Shown here piece by piece: positions 1 to 9,836 of a stretch of DNA of 64,000 nucleotides. Where the stretch lies: assembly GCA_965197905.1 (NCBI GenBank), contig CBDAOB010000004.1, positions 192,001 to 256,000 of the forward strand, in the 5' to 3' direction. This DNA is from Candidatus Latescibacterota bacterium (GTDB lineage Bacteria > Latescibacterota > UBA2968 > UBA8231). Made by a program: the position numbers and the translations under genes. Each line of letters starts with the position of its first letter. The first letter of the stretch is position 1. The notes under the pieces are model-generated. The model ran no database searches. It was not told the origin of the DNA and worked only from the letters and a program-made list of their open reading frames with translations.

Positions 1-50
1 TGTATATACCAGAAGTTTTTGCGGGCGCCAGTCTCCGCGCCCGTCGCCAT
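1..50 (-). CDS. Possible 5' end of a gene running off the window edge (MATGAETGARKNFWYI...)
   Basis: ATG on the minus strand at 50 with the frame open to position 1; same strand as, and downstream of, the sugar-nucleotide genes. Too short to assign a product. Confidence 0.3.
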   Translation of the reverse strand, partial: MATGAETGARKNFWYI

Positions 51-139
51 TGGGTCGTTGAAATTTCCTGCTACTCAACGTAGCAGACTTCGGTTTCGGA
101 AGTTATTCCGCCTTGTAAACAAGTGTAAAGACTGCCCTC

Positions 140-1078
140 TCAAACTCGTCTCAGATTCGCGGCGAACCAAGCGATGGTGCGTTTCAATCCTTCGTCTGGA
201 GAGACTTTGGGTTCCCAGCCCAACACCTCCCTGGCTTTCGTGATATCGGGAAGACGGATCTTCGGATCATCTGCGGGCAGTGGTCTGAACCCGATCTTGC
301 TGCTGCTTCCCGACAGCTCGACGATCTTGTTGGCGAGTTCCACCATGCTCAGCTCTGAGGGATTACCAATGTTGAACGGGGTGTTGACGTCCGCTTGCAT
401 GACCCGGTTTATCACCTCCACCAGGTCGCTTACATGGCACACACTTCGGGTCTGGCTGCCGTCGCCGTACACGGTGATTTCCCGGTCGGTCAGCGCCTGG
501 GTGATGAAGTTGGGAATAGCCCTCCCGTCGTCAGGTCGCATGCGCTCTCCGTAAGTGTTAAATATGCGCACAATGCGGGTGTCCACCCCGTGCAGTCGGT
601 GGTACGCCATGGTCATCGATTCGGCGAACCGTTTCGCCTCGTCATAGACCCCGCGAATGCCGATCGGGTTGACGTTGCCCCAGTAATCCTCGTTTTGAGG
701 ATGGATCAGCGGATCTCCGTAGACCTCCGAAGTCGAAGCGAGGAAAAACTTGGCCCCTTTGGCTACCGCCAATCCGAGTGTCTTGTGCGTACCCAGCGCT
801 CCAACCTTGAGGATGCGTATGCCCAGATCCTCGAAATCGGCCGGACTGGCCGGGCTGGCAAAATGCAGAATGAAGTCCAGGGGGCCGTCTACGTGAATGA
901 AATTCGTGACGTCGTATTGCACGAAGTTGAATTTCGGATTGCCAAAATGCTGGCTCACATTGTCGGTTCGTCCGGTTAGCAGGTTGTCCATGCAGATCAC
1001 TTCATGGCCATCCTTGAGAAATCTATCGCAGAGATGTGAGCCGATAAACCCAGCACCTCCGGTTACCAAGATGCGCAT
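140..1078 (-). CDS. UDP-glucuronate decarboxylase / NAD-dependent epimerase-dehydratase (extended SDR)
   Basis: [16 protein letters not shown]ossmann motif; [24 protein letters not shown] (YxxxK), RIFNTYG and [19 protein letters not shown] upstream of ATG 1078. Confidence 0.92.
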   Translation of the reverse strand: MRILVTGGAGFIGSHLCDRFLKDGHEVICMDNLLTGRTDNVSQHFGNPKFNFVQYDVTNFIHVDGPLDFILHFASPASPADFEDLGIRILKVGALGTHKTLGLAVAKGAKFFLASTSEVYGDPLIHPQNEDYWGNVNPIGIRGVYDEAKRFAESMTMAYHRLHGVDTRIVRIFNTYGERMRPDDGRAIPNFITQALTDREITVYGDGSQTRSVCHVSDLVEVINRVMQADVNTPFNIGNPSELSMVELANKIVELSGSSSKIGFRPLPADDPKIRLPDITKAREVLGWEPKVSPDEGLKRTIAWFAANLRRV

Positions 1079-1109
1079 GTGTGCTCCTCGTCTATCAGGT
1101 TGTGAGCCA

Positions 1110-2213
1110 TTACCGGCGCTCGATACCCCGCCGTAGCACAGCGACCAAGCGTTCGGCGCTGTGCCCATCCCACAATTCCGGAACCTCGAAGGTTGTAGGG
1201 TCATTTTCAAGTGTCTCTAAGGCGGCGCTCACGATCTGTTCGGGATCCTGACCGACCAGCCGGTTCGTGCCCTTTTCGATCGTGATGGGTCGTTCCGTAT
1301 TGCGACGCAGCGTCAGGCACGGCACTCCGAGAATCGTTGCTTCTTCCTGCAAGCCGCCCGAGTCTGTCAGAACCAGTCGGGCCCCTTCCTGCAGTCGCAG
1401 AAAGTCGAGGTAACCCTGTGGTGGCAACAGACGCAGGTTTGGAATGCCCTCCAGATAGCTCTCCATACCGAATTCAGCCAGGCGTTGGCGTGCGCGGTGA
1501 TGGATCTGAAATAGGATCGGTAAATGACCTTGAATCTGGTCGAATGCTCCGAGGATGCCGCGGAGAGCGTTGGGATCGTCGACGTTGGAAGGCCGGTGCA
1601 GGGTCGCCAGCACGTACTCCCGGGGACTCAACTCCAGGCGCTCCAATATGTCCGATGCTGCAGCGCGCGGACGCAGGCGGACAAGGGTATCGATCATCAG
1701 GTTGCCCACCCGAAAGATACACGAAGCCGGAACATTCTCAGCCAGCAGGTTGTCGTCCGCGTCTGCCGAATAGGTGAACAGGAGATCCGAGAGCGCGTCG
1801 GTGGCCAGGCGGTTCAATTCCTCCGGCATGCGCCGGTCGCCGCTACGCAAACCTGCTTCCACATGGGCCACAGCCACATCCCGCTTGCTGGCCGCAACCG
1901 CGCAGGCAGGAGTGGAGGTGACGTCGCCGACCACGACGACGAGGTCGGGATGTTCCGATTCGAGAATAGGATCGAGCTTGTCGACGATCTGGGCGGTCTG
2001 ATGCGCAGGATTACCGCTCCCTGCGTGCAGGTAATACTGCGGATCGGGAAGATCGAGATCCTCGAAGAATACCTCAGACATCTGAAAGTCAAAATGCTGG
2101 CCGGTATGGACGAACAACAACTCGAATTCAGCAGGAAATTTGTGTAGCTCGGCCAGGAGGGGGGCGACCTTCATGAAATTGGGACGCGCCCCGGCAACTA
2201 CGAGTATCTTCAT
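1110..2213 (-). CDS. wecB: UDP-N-acetylglucosamine 2-epimerase (non-hydrolysing)
   Basis: [50 protein letters not shown] and TERP motifs; start set at the Met of MKILVV. Confidence 0.95.
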   Translation of the reverse strand: MKILVVAGARPNFMKVAPLLAELHKFPAEFELLFVHTGQHFDFQMSEVFFEDLDLPDPQYYLHAGSGNPAHQTAQIVDKLDPILESEHPDLVVVVGDVTSTPACAVAASKRDVAVAHVEAGLRSGDRRMPEELNRLATDALSDLLFTYSADADDNLLAENVPASCIFRVGNLMIDTLVRLRPRAAASDILERLELSPREYVLATLHRPSNVDDPNALRGILGAFDQIQGHLPILFQIHHRARQRLAEFGMESYLEGIPNLRLLPPQGYLDFLRLQEGARLVLTDSGGLQEEATILGVPCLTLRRNTERPITIEKGTNRLVGQDPEQIVSAALETLENDPTTFEVPELWDGHSAERLVAVLRRGIERR

Positions 2214-2434
2214 CGGTTTCGTGGGAGTCAGGTGCGATCGAGCCGCAACGGGGATAAAATATAGATTTCTGAGGGGGTCCCGGCAATGTGAAGCCGACCG
2301 CCGAGCGACCCCCTGCGCAAGGCTACGCAGCACGATGAAACCAGGTTATTGCCTTTTACGGCATACGTTGTAAGATGTTGTTAAATATTTACTTGCTGCA
2401 ATTATTTGCAGTGCGAACTGTGGTCGAGTCTCAA

Positions 2435-2463
2435 TTGACGACGCCCATAACAATCGCTATGTT
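2435..2463 (+). promoter_or_regulatory. sigma70-type promoter upstream of dnaE
   Basis: TTGACG-N17-TATGTT in an AT-rich intergenic region. Confidence 0.55.
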
Positions 2464-2627
2464 TGACCGCACGGAGCCGTTTCAACCCCATTATTTTCGG
2501 TTCCGGTCCCATCTCCCCGCAGGATCCATTTCATACATTGCCGAACGGCGAACCTCGATTGATGCCGCGACGTCGGTTCCATCGAGCCGCTGAAGGTGTC
2601 GCCACACCAGACGGAGGCAAGTGAACC

Positions 2628-5600
2628 ATGGCTACTGCTGATTTCGTACATCTGCATGGTCACAGCGAGTACAGTCTGCTAGACGGAGGCTGTCACGTTT
2701 CCAAGATGGCCACCAAGGCGGCCGATTTCGGTATGCCCGCGCTCGCTCTAACCGATCACGGCAATCTCTTTGGCGCAGTGGGACATTTCAAATCCTGCAA
2801 GGTTGCCGGCATAACCCCCATTATCGGGTGCGAGGTTTACGTCGCCGTCGGCAGCCGGCAACTGCGACAAGCCGCCAGAGGTTTGAATCATGCCTCGAAC
2901 CACCTGGTGCTGCTGGCACAAAACCAGATTGGGTATCGCAACCTCACCAAGCTGGTGTCCAAGGCCTACACCGAGGGGTACTACTACTTTCCTCGAATCG
3001 ACAAGAAGCTGTTGCGCCAGCACAGCGAAGGACTGATTTGCCTCTCCGCCTGCCTCAGCGGCGAGATCGCCCACCTCCTGGATCGGGAGGGACTGGAGGA
3101 AGCCGAGGGAGCGGCCCGCGAATACCAGGACATTTTCGGTGACCGTTATTATCTGGAGATTCAACGGCACGGCATCGACCGCGAAAAGAAGGTCAATGAG
3201 GGCCTCCTGAAGCTGCACGCAAAGCTTGGGATTCCCCTGGTAGCAACCAACGATTTTCACTTCCTGGGCGCCGACGACCATGCGGCTCACGACGCTCTCA
3301 TTTGCATCCAAACCGGCAAAACGGTAGCTGATCAAAACCGCATGTGTTATCCCGACGGTCTCTACATGAAAAGCCCGAAGGAGATGCAAAAGCTTTTCAG
3401 CGATCTGCCGGAAGCGGTCGAGAACACCCTGAAGATCGCCGATCAATGCCACGTCGAATTCGAATTCGATACCATGCATCTGCCCAAGTTCCCGATCCCG
3501 GAGGGGCATGCAGACGAGAAGGCGTATCTGACGTTTTTGGCCGAGGAGGGCTTGGTCCGTCGCTACGAGAGTCCCGATGACGGGATCCGCAAACGACTTC
3601 AGTACGAGTTGGACACCATCAATGGAATGGGCTATTCCGGGTATTTCCTGATTGTCCAGGACTACGTGCAATACGCCCGCAGTCACCGTATTCCGGTTGG
3701 GCCTGGCCGCGGTTCGGGGGCGGGGAGTCTGGTGGCCTATTGCTTGGGGATTACCGGCACCGACCCGATTGGCCGCGGCCTCCTTTTCGAGCGATTTCTC
3801 AATCCCGAGCGCAAGGAGTTTCCCGATATCGATGTGGACTTCGCCGACACGGGCCGCGATCAGGTAATCAAATACGTCATAGAAAAATACGGTGAAGAAA
3901 ATGTCTGCCAAGTCATCACCTTCGGCACCATGGGGGCAAAAGCGGTGATTCGCGACGTGGGTCGCGTGCTGGGCATGGAATTCGGAGAGGTGGATCGCAT
4001 CGCCAAGCTCATCCCGAACGAGCTCAAGATCACCCTGGAAAAAGCGATAGGTCGGGTTCCAGAGCTGCAGCAGATGAATGAATCGAGTGATGAGAAGGGG
4101 CAGCTCATCGCCCATGCGTTGAAGCTCGAAGGGTTGGCTCGCCATGCTTCGGTGCACGCCGCCGCGGTGATCATCGCACCGGGGGACCTGACCGACTTTG
4201 TCCCGCTGTATCGAGCGCCCAAGGATGGGCGCATTACGACGCAGTTCGACGGCAACACTTGCGATGATATCGGCCTGCTGAAGATGGATTTTCTGGGACT
4301 GAAGGAACTGTCTCTCATGGACGAAGCGGTGCGGCTGATTCGCTTGGATCAACCGGAGTTCGACCTGGAGACCGTGCCTTGGGACGACGCAGCTACCTTT
4401 CGACTATTTGGAGCCGGCGAGACGATCGGAGTGTTCCAGTTCGAGAGTGGCGGCCAGCGAGAATATCTGAAACAGCTGAAGCCAGACTGTATCGATGACA
4501 TTATCGCCATGAACGCCCTCTATCGCCCGGGCCCCATGGAGAAGATTCCCACTTTTATCGCGCGTAAGCACGGGCGGGAACCGGTCAACTACGATCACCC
4601 AGATATGGAGTCGTCGCTGGCCGAGACATACGGAGTCATGGTGTATCAGGAGCAGGTAATGTCCGTAGCTCAAAAACTGGCCGGATTCAGCCTCGGTCAA
4701 GCCTACACCATGATCAAAGCCATCAGCAAGAAAAAGACCGAGCAGATGGCGGAGATGAAGAAGGATTTTATCGCGGGGTGCACGGAACGCGGCGTCGACC
4801 AGCGGACCGCCGACAAGATCTTTGGCGACATCGCGGTTTTTGCCGGTTACGGTTTTAACCGCTCTCACTCGGCGCCGTACTCGGAGATTGCCTACAAAAA
4901 CGCCTACCTAAAAGCGAACTATCCGAAACAGTACATGGCTGCCAGCCTTACTGTGGCCCGCGACAACACCGATACGCTGACCGTGCTGTTGGATGAATGT
5001 CGCAGAATGGAGATCGAGGTGCTGCCGCCGGACATAAACGGCAGCGCGTTGAATTTCACCCCGACGAGCGACGGGATCCGCTTCGGTTTGGCGGCCATCA
5101 AGAACGTGGGTGCCGGCGCGGCCCAGAGTGTGGTGGACGCACGCGTACAGGACGGAAATTTCCTCACGCTCCTGGAATTCTGTGAGCGCGTGGACTTGCG
5201 ATCCGTCAATCGGCGGGTGATGGAGAGCCTTGTCGCCGCCGGGGCCTTGGACAGTCTGGAGGGCAATCGTGCGCAGCAGTTCGAAGCGCTCGATATGGCG
5301 CTCCGGTGGGCGCAGAAGGCGCAAGAGGATCGCGAGCGGGGGCAAATCAGCCTGTTCGGAGGTGAGCAGGGAGACGGTGGGGCGGCGGAATTGGGGCGTT
5401 TCGAACTTCCCGAGGTGCAGGAGTGGGACGACTCAGACAGGTTGCGCAAGGAACGCGAACTCCTCGGCTTCTATCTGTCCGGGCATCCTCTGCACCGCTA
5501 CGCCAACGATCTTCAAGCATTCGCGACACCCCTGGCAAGTCTGGCGCAGCTGGACGAGGGGATGCAGATACGGGTCGGCGGGTTGGTGACGCGGGTCAGC

Positions 5601-6107
5601 GACTTCGAACGCCGCGGGCAGCGCTTCGCCTTCGTCACGTTGGAGGATCTAACTGGTGCGGGAGATATCGCCTTCTTTTCCGAGTCCTACGAGGCGCACA
5701 GCGCCCTCCTTCAGGACGGCAAGGCGCTGCTTGTAGGTGGTCGTGTTTCGGTCCGCAACGGCAGATCGAGCGTGCAATCGGATGCGGCCTGGCCGCTGGA
5801 AGAAGTCCGCGAGCAGCTCACCAAATCGCTCAATCTGGAGCTTCCATTCGAAGAGGTGCGGGAAGAGGTGCTCGCCGAGCTGCGGCAGCTATTCCAGCGA
5901 TATCTCGGTGAGTGCGAGCTGTTACTCCACCTCAAGAACGGGGGGGAAAAGAACACGGTGGTGCGCTCGCGCAGCATACGGGTGCGACCATGCGATGAAT
6001 TGCTGAAGGAGATCGACGGAATCATCGGCCCGAAACGGACGTGGCTGACCGCTGCCCCGCAGCAATTTGCTGCTGTACCTACGAGGAATCGGTTCGCCCG
6101 CGCCTGA
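2628..6107 (+). CDS. dnaE: DNA polymerase III alpha subunit (DnaE1 type)
   Basis: PHP domain HLHGHSEYSLLDG; GPGRGSGAGS; FERFLNPER; catalytic PDIDVDF and KMDFLG; clamp motif QISLF; OB fold; GGAGG RBS. Confidence 0.98.
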   Translation: MATADFVHLHGHSEYSLLDGGCHVSKMATKAADFGMPALALTDHGNLFGAVGHFKSCKVAGITPIIGCEVYVAVGSRQLRQAARGLNHASNHLVLLAQNQIGYRNLTKLVSKAYTEGYYYFPRIDKKLLRQHSEGLICLSACLSGEIAHLLDREGLEEAEGAAREYQDIFGDRYYLEIQRHGIDREKKVNEGLLKLHAKLGIPLVATNDFHFLGADDHAAHDALICIQTGKTVADQNRMCYPDGLYMKSPKEMQKLFSDLPEAVENTLKIADQCHVEFEFDTMHLPKFPIPEGHADEKAYLTFLAEEGLVRRYESPDDGIRKRLQYELDTINGMGYSGYFLIVQDYVQYARSHRIPVGPGRGSGAGSLVAYCLGITGTDPIGRGLLFERFLNPERKEFPDIDVDFADTGRDQVIKYVIEKYGEENVCQVITFGTMGAKAVIRDVGRVLGMEFGEVDRIAKLIPNELKITLEKAIGRVPELQQMNESSDEKGQLIAHALKLEGLARHASVHAAAVIIAPGDLTDFVPLYRAPKDGRITTQFDGNTCDDIGLLKMDFLGLKELSLMDEAVRLIRLDQPEFDLETVPWDDAATFRLFGAGETIGVFQFESGGQREYLKQLKPDCIDDIIAMNALYRPGPMEKIPTFIARKHGREPVNYDHPDMESSLAETYGVMVYQEQVMSVAQKLAGFSLGQAYTMIKAISKKKTEQMAEMKKDFIAGCTERGVDQRTADKIFGDIAVFAGYGFNRSHSAPYSEIAYKNAYLKANYPKQYMAASLTVARDNTDTLTVLLDECRRMEIEVLPPDINGSALNFTPTSDGIRFGLAAIKNVGAGAAQSVVDARVQDGNFLTLLEFCERVDLRSVNRRVMESLVAAGALDSLEGNRAQQFEALDMALRWAQKAQEDRERGQISLFGGEQGDGGAAELGRFELPEVQEWDDSDRLRKERELLGFYLSGHPLHRYANDLQAFATPLASLAQLDEGMQIRVGGLVTRVSDFERRGQRFAFVTLEDLTGAGDIAFFSESYEAHSALLQDGKALLVGGRVSVRNGRSSVQSDAAWPLEEVREQLTKSLNLELPFEEVREEVLAELRQLFQRYLGECELLLHLKNGGEKNTVVRSRSIRVRPCDELLKEIDGIIGPKRTWLTAAPQQFAAVPTRNRFARA

Positions 6108-6258
6108 ATCCGAGGCTACACTAGAGACATCTAAAAGGACGACGAACTACGGTCCGCGATCGCATACCCGCTTGACCGTTTGACGCCGGCTGAGCGGTCT
6201 GTACTTTCAACCTCAACTCGGATTTTCCGGGTGACTCGCCGCAGAAAGCTGTTGGACT

Positions 6259-6753
6259 TTGGTTGCATTGCGCTACGTCACATTCCTGGCCTTGCTGGCA
6301 ACATTCCTGAATTGCTCGCCGCAGCAGGCACCCGCTACGGACGCCGCCGCCAGCATCCAACCCGCCTCAAGTCTCGATATAGGAGCCTACAAGGGTAAAG
6401 TGGTCTTGCTGAATTTCTGGGCCACCTGGTGCGGTCCCTGCCGCATCGAGATACCCGACCTGGTTCGCCTCAATCAACAGTTCGCCCCGAGCGAGGTGGT
6501 GATCATCGGCGTTTCCCTCGACAAGAACGGAACGCCTGAAGAGTTACGAGTTCAGTTGGAGAAGTTTGTAGAGGCCTACAAGATCGATTATCCGATTTTC
6601 CTCGATAACGAAGGTTTGTTGCACCGGCAATTCGGCAGTTTCGCCTTCGTGCCCGCTACCTTTTTGATCGACCGACAGGGGCAGGTCGCCCATTCATACT
6701 GGGGCGTAAAGTCTTTTGGTGAGTTTACCAAGGGAATAGAAGAGTTGCTGTAG
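6259..6753 (+). CDS. TlpA/ResA-family thiol:disulfide oxidoreductase, probable lipoprotein
   Basis: GKVVLLNFWATWCGPCRIEIP (CxxC), VPATFLIDRQG; hydrophobic N-terminus ending FLNC. Confidence 0.9.
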   Translation: MVALRYVTFLALLATFLNCSPQQAPATDAAASIQPASSLDIGAYKGKVVLLNFWATWCGPCRIEIPDLVRLNQQFAPSEVVIIGVSLDKNGTPEELRVQLEKFVEAYKIDYPIFLDNEGLLHRQFGSFAFVPATFLIDRQGQVAHSYWGVKSFGEFTKGIEELL

Positions 6754-6787
6754 AAAATTTGGTCCTCGCGATGCAGGGCCTAGGAAA

Positions 6788-6831
6788 TAGAAAAGCGGGT
6801 CGATTCGTTGGAATCGCCCCGCTTTTTCTAT
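6788..6831. terminator. Bidirectional intrinsic terminator between convergent genes
   Basis: TAGAAAAGCGGG-TCGATTC-GTTG-GAATCG-CCCCGCTTTTTCTA inverted repeat with A/T tracts on both sides. Confidence 0.8.
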
Positions 6832-6846
6832 CTGTAACGGATCTGG

Positions 6847-7158
6847 TTAGTGGGTGGAGTAGAGCCGTTCTACGATCCGTTTTCCATGTCGCTTAACCAG
6901 GACTTCCTTAAAGGTATCAATGGTCGTGTTGTCGCGGAGATGTTCGAGCATCGCCTTTCTGTTCATAACCATCATGGTGCCCTGTCGATAGTCGGGGAAC
7001 CGACAGAAGGAAGCCGGAACGGGGTCGCCCGTTAAGCAGCAGTTCTCTTCCAGCTCCAATTCGACCTGGGATCCTGGATCGAAGGAGAAGTCAGTGCCAT
7101 CGTCATCTCCCTGACTCTCACTTTTGGGGGCACGGCCACGCGATTCTGCCATCGTCAT
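6847..7158 (-). CDS. Hypothetical protein (103 aa)
   Basis: Fills the gap between the terminator and map; GGAG RBS; upstream TTGCCA-N16-TATATT; no family recognised. Confidence 0.7.
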   Translation of the reverse strand: MTMAESRGRAPKSESQGDDDGTDFSFDPGSQVELELEENCCLTGDPVPASFCRFPDYRQGTMMVMNRKAMLEHLRDNTTIDTFKEVLVKRHGKRIVERLYSTH

Positions 7159-7221
7159 TATCTCCGTTGAATTCGTTAGGGCATCAAATATAGCGGGGAT
7201 GGCGGGATTGGCAAGCGCGGC

Positions 7222-7983
7222 TCAGTACGGCAGGTCTTCGAATCTGGAGAGAACGTCGGCCCCGTTCTTCGTCACAGCCACGGTGTGCTCGAACTGCGCC
7301 GAAAGCGAGCCATCCGCTGTAACCGCGGTCCAGTTATCCCCCAGCAACCGGGTTTCGGCCTCACCGCTATTTACCATCGGCTCAACCGTAAATACCATGC
7401 CAGCCTGCAGTCGCCGGCCGGTTCCCGGATCACCGTAATGCAACAATTGCGGCTCTTCGTGGAAAGCGCGCCCGAGACCATGACCGCAATACTCGCGGAC
7501 CACCGACAACCCCTCCGCTTCGACAAAGGTCTGAATGACGTTGCCTACGTCGCCCAGCCGTTTCCCGAGCACACAGCATTCCAATCCAAGATTCAAGGCT
7601 TGTCGTGTGGCATCGGTCAAGTGCCGCGCCTCGCCCCCGATCTCACCGACACCGGTGGTCACATTCATGTCGCCGTGGTAGCCGTCTTTCTGCACCGCGA
7701 TGTCGATGGCCACGATGTCTCCTTCTTGGAGGATTCGCTTTCCGGGGATGCCGTGAACGACCTCCTCGTTCACCGACAAACATATGCTGCCCGGGTACCC
7801 CTTATACCCTTTGGCACTGGCTTTCGCGTCGCGACCGCGAATAAAATCTTCCGCCACCTTGTCGAGCTCCAATGTAGTTACACCCGGGGCGACTCTGTCG
7901 ATTACCTCCGTAATCGCCTCGGCGGCAATGCGGCAACTGGCTCTAATTTTTTCGATCTCGCGAGTCGATTTCAGATGGATCAT
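7222..7983 (-). CDS. map: Methionine aminopeptidase type I
   Basis: SICLSVNEEVVHGIP, DIAV..DGYHGD, GHGLG..FHEEP, VEPMV and SAQFEHT. Confidence 0.97.
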   Translation of the reverse strand: MIHLKSTREIEKIRASCRIAAEAITEVIDRVAPGVTTLELDKVAEDFIRGRDAKASAKGYKGYPGSICLSVNEEVVHGIPGKRILQEGDIVAIDIAVQKDGYHGDMNVTTGVGEIGGEARHLTDATRQALNLGLECCVLGKRLGDVGNVIQTFVEAEGLSVVREYCGHGLGRAFHEEPQLLHYGDPGTGRRLQAGMVFTVEPMVNSGEAETRLLGDNWTAVTADGSLSAQFEHTVAVTKNGADVLSRFEDLPY

Positions 7984-8105
7984 GGCGCGGTGAGAATCAT
8001 GAGTGACGGGAGGCGCAACCTACGGCTTTGCTTCGGAAAAGGTCGACACATAGATTCCATCCTGTCAAGAATACGCCCAACCAAACCGAGACCACACAAC
8101 CTCGT

Positions 8106-9125
8106 TTGATCCCGCGCGTTTCAGTTCTGCTACCCGTATTCAACGCAGCTGCAACCCTCGATGAGACCGTGCGTAGCCTTTTGGCCCAAACTCTCAAGGA
8201 GTTCGAAATCGTCGCGGTGAACGATGGATCCGACGACGGTTCGGTAGAGCTTCTAAAAAGCTGGAGCACAAAAGATGCCCGCCTGCGCGTGCAGAGTGGT
8301 CCCCACGCCGGTCTTATCGCTGCCCTGAATACGGGGCTGGAGCTGTGTCGTAGTCCCTTGGTGGCGCGCATGGACGCCGACGACACCGTTCATCCCCGGC
8401 GGCTCGAAAAGCAGTCGCAGATGTTTGCCGACCGTCCCGAGCTGAATGTGGTGGGCAGCTTGGTGGAAACCGTTCCGCGACAGGAAGTGGGCGCAGGTCT
8501 GCTCATATATGAACAATGGCTCAATAGCCTGGTGGACCATGCGGATATAACGAGGGAGATATTTATCGAGAGTCCGATCGCCCATCCAAGTGCCATGGTT
8601 CGTCGCGAGGAAATCTTGAAGCTGGGCGGTTACCGGGAGTGTGGTTGGCCCGAAGATTACGACCTATGGCTGCGGTACTACCTTCAAGGCAGCCGGTTTG
8701 CCAAGGTCAATGAAGTGCTGCTCTACTGGCGCGAACATCCGGGTCGGCTGTCTCGCACCGACGGCCGTTACTCCATCGAGAATTTTCTCAAAGTCAAAGC
8801 TCACTTTCTGATTGCCGGCCCCCTCGCCGACAGCGATGCGGTTTTCATGTGGGGGGCGGGCAAAACCGGACGCCGTCTCAGCAAACATCTCATCCGCGGG
8901 GGATGCACGCCGACTGCGGTGGTTGATATAGATCCGAAGAAGATCGGTTCAGTCTTGCGCGGCCGCCCGCTCGTGGCGCCGGATTCTCTGGAGCAGCAGT
9001 GGGCCCGATTCCAATCTCCGTTTCTGGTTGTCGCCGTCGCCTCGCGGGGCGCCCGCGCATTGATCCGCCGCACACTAGTGGCAAAAGGTCTGGTGGAAGG
9101 GAGGCATTTTCTCTTCGCGGCGTAG
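8106..9125 (+). CDS. Glycosyltransferase family 2 with C-terminal Rossmann-like domain
   Basis: VSVLLPVFN, VNDGSDD, ARMDADD, EDYDLWLR; C-terminal WGAGKTG. Start uncertain (TTG 8106; the ORF is open from 8028). Confidence 0.88.
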   Translation: MIPRVSVLLPVFNAAATLDETVRSLLAQTLKEFEIVAVNDGSDDGSVELLKSWSTKDARLRVQSGPHAGLIAALNTGLELCRSPLVARMDADDTVHPRRLEKQSQMFADRPELNVVGSLVETVPRQEVGAGLLIYEQWLNSLVDHADITREIFIESPIAHPSAMVRREEILKLGGYRECGWPEDYDLWLRYYLQGSRFAKVNEVLLYWREHPGRLSRTDGRYSIENFLKVKAHFLIAGPLADSDAVFMWGAGKTGRRLSKHLIRGGCTPTAVVDIDPKKIGSVLRGRPLVAPDSLEQQWARFQSPFLVVAVASRGARALIRRTLVAKGLVEGRHFLFAA

Positions 9126-9142
9126 AAAGGGGAAGGAGGCCA

Positions 9143-9667
9143 ATGAGCGTATTCGATCGAATGGAAGTCATCCGCGGCGACATCACGGAACTCGATGTGG
9201 ATGTCATCGTCAACGCAGCAAATCGAAGTTTACTCGGTGGTGGAGGCGTAGACGGCGCCATTCACCGTAAAGCCGGACCGGGCTTGCTGGCGGAGTGTCG
9301 TTTCCTGAACGGATGCGAAACCGGAAAGGCCAAGATCACCGAGGGACATTCGCTACCGGCGAGATTTGTGATCCACGCGGTGGGACCGATGTATGGTGGT
9401 GGACCGGACGATGCCCGGCAGCTGGAGAGCTGTTACCGCAACAGTCTTCAGCTTGCCGCGAATCGCGATCTCGACACGATTGCGTTTCCAGCCATCAGCT
9501 GCGGGGTGTACGGCTACCCGATCGAGGAGGCAGCCCCCATTGCAATCGAAACAGCGCGCGACTTCCTCCGCGAAAACCGGCAGCCGGCGAAGGTGATGTT
9601 CGTGCTTTTTTCCGAGAACCACCGGAAGATCTATTTGCGCAGGTTGAACCTGCTTGCCGCCGGGTGA
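9143..9667 (+). CDS. Macro-domain O-acetyl-ADP-ribose deacetylase (YmdB/MacroD type)
   Basis: GDIT, VNAAN..LLGGGGVDGAIH, HAVGP and FPAISCGVYGYP; AGGAGG RBS before ATG 9143. Confidence 0.93.
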   Translation: MSVFDRMEVIRGDITELDVDVIVNAANRSLLGGGGVDGAIHRKAGPGLLAECRFLNGCETGKAKITEGHSLPARFVIHAVGPMYGGGPDDARQLESCYRNSLQLAANRDLDTIAFPAISCGVYGYPIEEAAPIAIETARDFLRENRQPAKVMFVLFSENHRKIYLRRLNLLAAG

Positions 9668-9782
9668 GTCTTCGACGCATCTCGCTCGCCCCGCACCGAT
9701 TTTACAGGAATAATTTTCTCTTCCGGAAATTCGTTCCGCTTAACACCCGGGCCGGCTCACCTGATTTTCAGGTGGCGAAAAA

Positions 9783-9798
9783 TGGCATACATGTTGCT
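9783..9798 (+). promoter_or_regulatory. sigma-54 (RpoN) -24/-12 promoter
   Basis: TGGCATACATGTTGCT: exact GG-N10-GC spacing and near-consensus TGGCAC-N5-TTGCW, 38 nt before the ATG at 9837. Confidence 0.7.
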
Positions 9799-9836
9799 AA
9801 TTCAGAGGAAAGCATCTCCTCGAATAGGAGGGCAAC

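Noticed and set aside
2748..4352. Long antisense or alternative-frame ORFs (e.g. 534 aa here; also 9295..10380, 35955..36941, 39886..40842, 52860..53927, 54806..55894)
   Set aside because: Shadows of well-supported genes in GC-rich DNA, with no recognisable motifs.
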